DNA of 64,000 nt from Candidatus Kerfeldbacteria bacterium RIFCSPHIGHO2_12_FULL_48_17 (GTDB lineage Bacteria > Patescibacteriota > Patescibacteriia > HO2-48-17). Location of the stretch: contig MHKD01000042.1 of NCBI GenBank assembly GCA_001818775.1, positions 41,022 to 105,021 of the forward strand. The letters run 5' to 3'. The position numbers and the translations under genes are program-made. Of this stretch, positions 58,624 through 64,000 are shown one piece after another. Positions within the stretch are counted from its first letter, which is position 1. Every line of letters starts with the position of its first letter. The notes beneath the pieces were generated by a model. It saw only the letters and a program-made list of their open reading frames with translations, was not told where the DNA came from and made no database searches.

Positions 58624-58687
58624 AAGATGTAATTAAATAAAATTTATCTCTAGTTTAGAACAAAGAAATCGGCCAAGCATGAAAGTC

Positions 58688-59326
58688 CTATTTCGAATAG
58701 AATTCGACGATTAAGCTCACATTCAACGCATCTACCAGTTCTTTTGCCTGCGGCGCGGCAGCAACCGTGATCTTCATCGCCTTCTTGTCCACCGCCAACC
58801 ACTCCGGAACCTGATTCATGGTTGTTTCCTTCTGAACGGCCAGCATATCTTCCCAAATCTTCTTCTTGGCTTTGGTGGAGCTCACTTCAACCACATCACC
58901 CTCGCGCAAAACATAGGAAGGAATCGTAACCTTGCGCTTATTGACGAGGAAATGACCATGAGTGACAAACTGCCGGGACTGACGACGCGACTGGGCAAAA
59001 CCGGCGCGGTACACGGCATTATCCAAACGCGCCTCAAGCATTCCCACAAAAAATTCACCGGTATTGCCTTTTTTCTGAGTAGCAGCCTCAAAAGTGTTGC
59101 GGAACTGGGCTTCACGTAAACCGTACATCCGCTTGACTTTTTGCTTGGCGCGGAGTTGGGTGCCGTATTCCGTCATTTGCATACGACGACCACCACCGGA
59201 GGAACCCGGGGCATAATTACGCTTGACGATGGCGCATTTTGAAGTATAACAACGCTCACCCTTGAGAAAGAGTTTTTCGCCTTCGCGGCGGCACCGTTTA
59301 CATTGTGGACCAAGATCCTTTGCCAT
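58688..59326 (-). CDS. rpsD: 30S ribosomal protein S4 (Zn-binding type)
   Basis: CKRCRREGEKLFLKGERC, LEARLDN, IVEFYSK; start at ATG 59326. Confidence 0.97.
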   Translation of the reverse strand: MAKDLGPQCKRCRREGEKLFLKGERCYTSKCAIVKRNYAPGSSGGGRRMQMTEYGTQLRAKQKVKRMYGLREAQFRNTFEAATQKKGNTGEFFVGMLEARLDNAVYRAGFAQSRRQSRQFVTHGHFLVNKRKVTIPSYVLREGDVVEVSSTKAKKKIWEDMLAVQKETTMNQVPEWLAVDKKAMKITVAAAPQAKELVDALNVSLIVEFYSK

Positions 59327-59344
59327 AAGAGAAAACAAGAGGAA

Positions 59345-59752
59345 TTAAACGCGACGCGGTTTGGGTCGGCGGACACCGTTGTGCGGTATGGGCGTAACAT
59401 CTCGGATGGATACCACATTCAAACCATTGGCCCCCAAAGCACGAATCGCCGCTTCACGACCACTGCCGATTCCCTTTACATTCACATCAACATCTTTCAA
59501 ACCGTAATCTCGGGCTTTTTCCACCGCCAATTTGACAATCACACCGGCTGCATACGGTGTAGCTTTCTTCGGACCCTTAAAACCGGCTTTTCCGGCGCTG
59601 GCCCAGGAGAGAATATTCCCCTGCTGATCAGCCAATGAAACGATCGTGTTGTTATAGGTAGCCTGAATAAAAGCCAAACCACGAGCGACGTGGTGACGCT
59701 TTTTCTTTTTCTTGATGGGAGCCGCGGATGAAGTTGTCGGTGTCGTAGCCAT
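59345..59752 (-). CDS. rpsK: 30S ribosomal protein S11
   Basis: [23 protein letters not shown]. Confidence 0.98.
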   Translation of the reverse strand: MATTPTTSSAAPIKKKKKRHHVARGLAFIQATYNNTIVSLADQQGNILSWASAGKAGFKGPKKATPYAAGVIVKLAVEKARDYGLKDVDVNVKGIGSGREAAIRALGANGLNVVSIRDVTPIPHNGVRRPKPRRV

Positions 59753-59755
59753 AGT

Positions 59756-60148
59756 TTATGTCTTTTGATCAGCTTTCTTTCTACCGCTGGTCGTGGTGCG
59801 ACGAACGTTACCGCGACGGGTACGGGAATTGGTCTTGGTTCGTTGTCCACGCACCGGCAAACCTTTCTGGTGCCGGGCGCCACGGTAGGTGGAAATATCC
59901 TTTAAACGCTTGATATTATTGAAAATATCCCGACGAAGTTCACCTTCGATGCGATAACCGCCCTTTTCAATGGCTTCGCGGAGTTTATTGACTTCGGCGT
60001 CCGTCAGATCTTTGGCGCGCGTATCAGGATTGATACCGGTTTGCGCCAAAATTTTTCGGGCAACCGTTAAACCAATACCATAAATAGAGGGAAGCGCGTA
60101 TTCGATACGCTTATCTTTTGGTAAATTTACACCGGCAAGTCGTGCCAT
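59756..60148 (-). CDS. rpsM: 30S ribosomal protein S13
   Basis: [23 protein letters not shown]. Confidence 0.98.
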   Translation of the reverse strand: MARLAGVNLPKDKRIEYALPSIYGIGLTVARKILAQTGINPDTRAKDLTDAEVNKLREAIEKGGYRIEGELRRDIFNNIKRLKDISTYRGARHQKGLPVRGQRTKTNSRTRRGNVRRTTTSGRKKADQKT

Positions 60149-60166
60149 CGCGTTTAAAAAAAGTTA

Positions 60167-60280
60167 TTAACCCTGACGCTGTTTATGCTTGGGATTGTGA
60201 CACAACACAACCACGACCCGCTTCCGACGGATAACCTTACAATCTTTGCACATCTTTTTTACGGAAGCTCGTACTTTCAT
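60167..60280 (-). CDS. rpmJ: 50S ribosomal protein L36
   Basis: Below the ORF-track cutoff; hand translation [37 protein letters not shown] (37 aa). Confidence 0.97.
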   Translation of the reverse strand: MKVRASVKKMCKDCKVIRRKRVVVVLCHNPKHKQRQG

Positions 60281-60286
60281 ACGTGG

Positions 60287-60577
60287 TTATCTACGATAAA
60301 CAATTCGGCCCTTGGTGAGGTCATAGGGCGTCATTTCCACCAGCACGGTGTCGCCAGGCAAGATGCGAATTTTATTCATGCGCATTTTACCGGACAGGTG
60401 CGCCAACACCTGATGGCCATTGCCGAGAACGACCTTAAAATGGGCGTTGGGAAGCAGTTCTTCTACTTCCCCCTCCAGTTCAAGAAAACCTTTTTTATTC
60501 GTTTTCCCGATATTAGCATCACCCTTGGGCTGTTCCGGCTTTTGGGCTGGCGTCGTTGACGGCTGCGAAGTAGGCAT
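60287..60577 (-). CDS. infA: Translation initiation factor IF-1 with an N-terminal extension
   Basis: [36 protein letters not shown]. Confidence 0.96.
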   Translation of the reverse strand: MPTSQPSTTPAQKPEQPKGDANIGKTNKKGFLELEGEVEELLPNAHFKVVLGNGHQVLAHLSGKMRMNKIRILPGDTVLVEMTPYDLTKGRIVYRR

Positions 60578-60709
60578 TATTATACAGTATGTTACAAAAA
60601 AAATGTCCTCAAGCGCTGTTCGGCGGCTTGATAGTTGGTGATGCTACAGAAATTGTGCTGAGTTTTCAACCATTCAAACCCGAATGCGTGAGTTTCCGAA
60701 AGTGAAGTC

Positions 60710-60737
60710 ATTATAGCAGAAAAAGGATATACGTCAA
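60710..60737 (-). promoter_or_regulatory. Sigma70 promoter of the infA/alpha operon
   Basis: TTGACG (60737-60732), 16 bp, TATAAT (60715-60710) with a TG extension. Confidence 0.75.
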
Positions 60738-60794
60738 GTTAGGGGAAGAAAACACATGAGAAACAAATAAAAAAGCTAAAACTGGGGGAAATAT

Positions 60795-62669
60795 TTACTT
60801 TTTTGGTTCAAGTACCGCCTTGATCCGGCGTACTCCAGCCGAAACCGCTTCTTCTTTGGTTATCGTATAATGTCCCAGTTCACCGGTATGCTGCACATGG
60901 GGACCGCCACAAATCTCAAAGGAAAAATCACCCATGGTGTACACCTTCACCTTGTCACCATAGCGTTCTTCAAAATTGCCCATAGCACCGCGGCGTTTGG
61001 CTTCATCGACCGTCATCACTTCAAAACTCACCGGCAGGTCGCGGCTAATCTGGAGATTCACCATATCTTCCACGGCCTTGAGCTGCTCAGACGTAAGTTT
61101 AGTAGGATGGGCGAAATCAAAACGCATGCGTTCGGGCGTGATATTACTTCCCTTCTGCGTGACGTGATCCCCGAGAATATTGCGCAGGGCTTTGTAGGTC
61201 AGATGCGTGGCCGTGTGAAAACGCGTCGATTCAGCCGAATGATCCGCCAGACCGCCTTTGAATTTGTGCTTGGAGGCAGTGCGCGACAGATCCTGGTGTT
61301 TCTTCATTTCGGATTTGAAAGCGTTCAGGTCAACGTTGAGCCCCGCTTCCTTGGCCATTTCCAGCGTTATCTCAACCGGAAAACCATAACTCGTAAACAG
61401 ATCAAACGCATCTTTGCCCGTGATATCACCCTTCGCGCGCAATTTTTCAAATTGCCGAATACCCTTCTCGAGCGTGCGACGGAATTTCGTTTCCTCTTTT
61501 TGAATTTCGGCTTTGATTTGCTCGCGGCGATCATGCAGACTCGGGTACGCTTCCTTATATATATCAATAAACGTTTCGGTGATGGCAGCAGCAAACATTT
61601 CGCCGATGCCGAGCTGGTTGGCGAAACGAACAGCACGGCGAATGAGGCGACGGGTAAAATAACCCTGGTCTTTATTGGAAGGTGCGGCACCGTCAGCGAT
61701 GAGGAAAGTGGCAGCACGCATGTGGTCGAGGATGACGCGGAAAGCATGGGTGTGCGCGGGTTGTTCAGCGGCGTATGTTTTGCCAGAGAGTTTCTCGAGT
61801 TGGGTGCGGGCCGGGGTAAAAATATCGAGCAGAAACACATCAGGATTGTGATTATGAGCAGCGGCCAGGCGCTCAAGGCCACCACCAAAATCCACATTCT
61901 TTTTTTCGAGCGGCACAAAACCGGCGTCGGTTTTTTTGTAGGCCATGAAAACGTTGTTGCCGATTTCCATGAAACGCCCACAGTCGCAGTTGACATGGCA
62001 TGGTTGTTTGGCAAATTGCGAGGCGGCGTGAATGGCCGCGCCTTTTTCCTCACCGTAAAAATCCCAGAACATTTCTGCGTCTGGGCCACCGGGTTCACCG
62101 ACAGGCATTTTGTCTGGTATACCAGCGCGTGACCACCAATTTTTCTTGGCGTCGTAATAGAAAATCCGTCCGCCCTGCATGCCTTTTTCCCAGGCGTTGT
62201 CTATAATAGGTGCGTTGACGTTTTTGCTGGCAAACTGCTCCTGCCACAACTTGGCCGATTCTTCATCGCGCGGGACGCCAATCTTTTCATTGCCCCGGAA
62301 AACCGTGATATAGAGGTTGCGCGGGTCGAGCTTGAGGGTGTCGGTGAGAAATTCAAACATCCAGGGAATCTGTTCTTTCTTGAAATAATCGCCGAGTGAC
62401 CAGTTACCGAGCATTTCGAAAAAGGTGGTGTGACGATTATCGCCGACTTCTTCAATGTCATCGGCCCGGAACGATTTTTGCGAATCGGTCAGACGCGTGC
62501 CCTGGGGATGCGGCTGACCGAGGAGGTAGCTGATCATGGGTTGCATACCCGAGCCGGTGAAAAGCGTCGTGGGATCATTTTCGGGCAGCAAAGAAGCCGA
62601 GGGGAGAATCGTATGTCCCCTGTCTTGGAAAAATTTGAGATATTGTGCGCGGATTTCTTGTGTGTTCAT
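60795..62669 (-). CDS. alaS: Alanine--tRNA ligase (short form without C-Ala domain)
   Basis: TLFTGSGM, HTTFFEMLGNWS, EIGNNVF, DFGGGLER, editing HTATH and CGGPH; ends at GVRRIKAVL; start at ATG 62669. Confidence 0.96.
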   Translation of the reverse strand: MNTQEIRAQYLKFFQDRGHTILPSASLLPENDPTTLFTGSGMQPMISYLLGQPHPQGTRLTDSQKSFRADDIEEVGDNRHTTFFEMLGNWSLGDYFKKEQIPWMFEFLTDTLKLDPRNLYITVFRGNEKIGVPRDEESAKLWQEQFASKNVNAPIIDNAWEKGMQGGRIFYYDAKKNWWSRAGIPDKMPVGEPGGPDAEMFWDFYGEEKGAAIHAASQFAKQPCHVNCDCGRFMEIGNNVFMAYKKTDAGFVPLEKKNVDFGGGLERLAAAHNHNPDVFLLDIFTPARTQLEKLSGKTYAAEQPAHTHAFRVILDHMRAATFLIADGAAPSNKDQGYFTRRLIRRAVRFANQLGIGEMFAAAITETFIDIYKEAYPSLHDRREQIKAEIQKEETKFRRTLEKGIRQFEKLRAKGDITGKDAFDLFTSYGFPVEITLEMAKEAGLNVDLNAFKSEMKKHQDLSRTASKHKFKGGLADHSAESTRFHTATHLTYKALRNILGDHVTQKGSNITPERMRFDFAHPTKLTSEQLKAVEDMVNLQISRDLPVSFEVMTVDEAKRRGAMGNFEERYGDKVKVYTMGDFSFEICGGPHVQHTGELGHYTITKEEAVSAGVRRIKAVLEPKK

Positions 62670-62675
62670 ATCGTC

Positions 62676-62704
62676 ACTGTAATAAATTTGGTGGGTTTTG
62701 GCAA
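62676..62704 (-). promoter_or_regulatory. Promoter positioned for leaderless alaS mRNA
   Basis: TTGCCA, 17 bp, TACAGT, 6 nt, then ATG 62669. Confidence 0.6.
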
Positions 62705-62771
62705 TATTAAAAGAGGACTCATATAAAACATATGAGTCCAACCTCCTTTCTGGGAAAGAACGAATCAAAAA

Positions 62772-64000
62772 TCATGTCTGCTCCAGGGAAAGCAGCCGCT
62801 GCCTGAGATCAGATCGAAGTTGTTCGACCTTGGGCGATGGTGGAAAATTCTGAGTCGCTTCCTGAATCATGATCGGAACCAATATCCGACGGATGGCACC
62901 GACATACGCATTTATCAGCACCAACTGCTCTGTAGTGAGAATAGTGAGAATCTCCGGACCATTGATGTTAAAAGAGAGATCCATCCATTTCCCTTTAAGC
63001 AAACAGCCACAAAAGGTAAAAAGTGTCATCCAACCGATATGACCGCTCGGCAGCGGCTGAATTACAACAAAATTAGGTCGACGACGGGTACCACCAGCAT
63101 ATTCAGGCTCCGGAGTAATCCGAAAACTCTTACCATCGGATAACTGGATGAAACGTGGTAATACTGGCCAAGTAGCCTCACACAAAGCCGGATCTATCTG
63201 CATTGAGCGCTGACGCCAACTATTTTGCCACAACATCTCCTCAACATTTTCTGGGGCAAGACGCTCAAAAACCGCCTTGATTCTTAAATCGAGCATCTTT
63301 GCCTGTTGCGCGGCAAGATTTCTTTCACGAAGGGTATCAATAGTAGCCTGATTCATGACACCCTCGTAAGAAATACCGAGGTCAACATACAGCCATAGTG
63401 GCAGCATACCAGCATAGACAATCATGAACTCCTGAAGTTTCTCATATGCTTGGTCAACAGAAACACTCAAAGCCTGAAGCAGCTGCCGTTTTATATCAAG
63501 CGGATCAACCTTGTACTCCTTGAGAACAGATTCTCTGAGGAAAAAAATGATTTTGAGAATCTGGGGAAATCTTGAATCAGCGAAATGCTCAAATTCAAAA
63601 TTTCTTACTCTCTCAGTGAGAAACGCATATTGCCCAGCGCCAAGAAAATGAGCAGAGAAATCACTCACCACCGAAGATTCTGAAATCGTAAAACGAAGCT
63701 GAGAAGCCTTGGCTCGACTCCGCAGTAAATCATCTATTTCCTGAATCCTATGATAGCGGTGCTCCTGCCAGTACCGAACAAGGAAAAGATAATCATTCAC
63801 AGTTTCTGACCACAACCCGAGTTCACGGATAATGTCCAAAAAAGTGAAAAACTTCCTACACTGCGCTCCAGCCCGCGACATTTGTGTTTCAGAAGCAAAG
63901 CCGCGGAGAAAGATCTTAGAAAAAATATGCTGCGGACATATCTTTCTCAAAATTTCCAGGTAAGAAGCTGCATATTGGTGGTAAAAAATCGTGCGCGCAA
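62772..64000 (-). CDS. Hypothetical protein (5' end beyond the window edge)
   Basis: Frame is open from the window end (…ARTIFYHQYAASYLEILRKICPQ…) to the stop at 62772; >400 codons, no motif recognised. Confidence 0.7.
   Translation of the reverse strand, partial: ARTIFYHQYAASYLEILRKICPQHIFSKIFLRGFASETQMSRAGAQCRKFFTFLDIIRELGLWSETVNDYLFLVRYWQEHRYHRIQEIDDLLRSRAKASQLRFTISESSVVSDFSAHFLGAGQYAFLTERVRNFEFEHFADSRFPQILKIIFFLRESVLKEYKVDPLDIKRQLLQALSVSVDQAYEKLQEFMIVYAGMLPLWLYVDLGISYEGVMNQATIDTLRERNLAAQQAKMLDLRIKAVFERLAPENVEEMLWQNSWRQRSMQIDPALCEATWPVLPRFIQLSDGKSFRITPEPEYAGGTRRRPNFVVIQPLPSGHIGWMTLFTFCGCLLKGKWMDLSFNINGPEILTILTTEQLVLINAYVGAIRRILVPIMIQEATQNFPPSPKVEQLRSDLRQRLLSLEQT

Noticed and set aside
60870-62132. 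420-aa plus-strand ORF
   Set aside because: Antisense shadow of alaS.
1-64000. CRISPR array, tRNA/rRNA genes, alternative genetic code (TGA=Gly)
   Set aside because: No regularly spaced repeats or RNA gene signatures were seen by eye. TGA ends conserved genes at the expected positions (rodA, def), consistent with code 11.

Overview
Gene-dense bacterial chromosome segment (genetic code 11). Gene content and order suggest a Patescibacteria/CPR (Parcubacteria/ABY1-like) genome; this is an inference. Housekeeping genes: dnaE, rodA, rplY, def-fmt, a degenerate priA, gltX, serS, greA, mreBCD-mrdA, rseP, frr, holB, a second mreB, the infA-rpmJ-rpsM-rpsK-rpsD-rpoA-rplQ-rplM-rpsI operon and a short alaS. 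There is also an ~18 kb surface-glycan cluster with an embedded ABC-2 system and an orphan riboflavin synthase. No rRNA, tRNA, CRISPR array or transposase was recognised. The most striking signal is a 162-bp non-autonomous inverted-repeat element (MITE-like) in two 160/162-identical copies (4508-4669 and 16879-17040), each with a 5-bp target duplication. One copy sits inside codons 3-4 of fmt and breaks its original frame, but supplies a replacement in-frame ATG (MISSRKRIRRQT-HIEPV...). The same ATG is also in frame with the gene downstream of the other copy, and it lies within an internal stem. Other notable points: a near-palindromic dif/Xer-like 28-mer at 26607-26634, repeated -10/6-7 nt/ATG (leaderless-type) gene starts, RpoA lacking the alpha-CTD, a likely helicase-dead PriA, a QEGLA/DUF1704 (MATCAP-like) peptidase and an FtsQ-like protein with a Cys-bounded 127-aa insertion. 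Start codons were adjusted by hand; family assignments come from motif recognition, not database searches.
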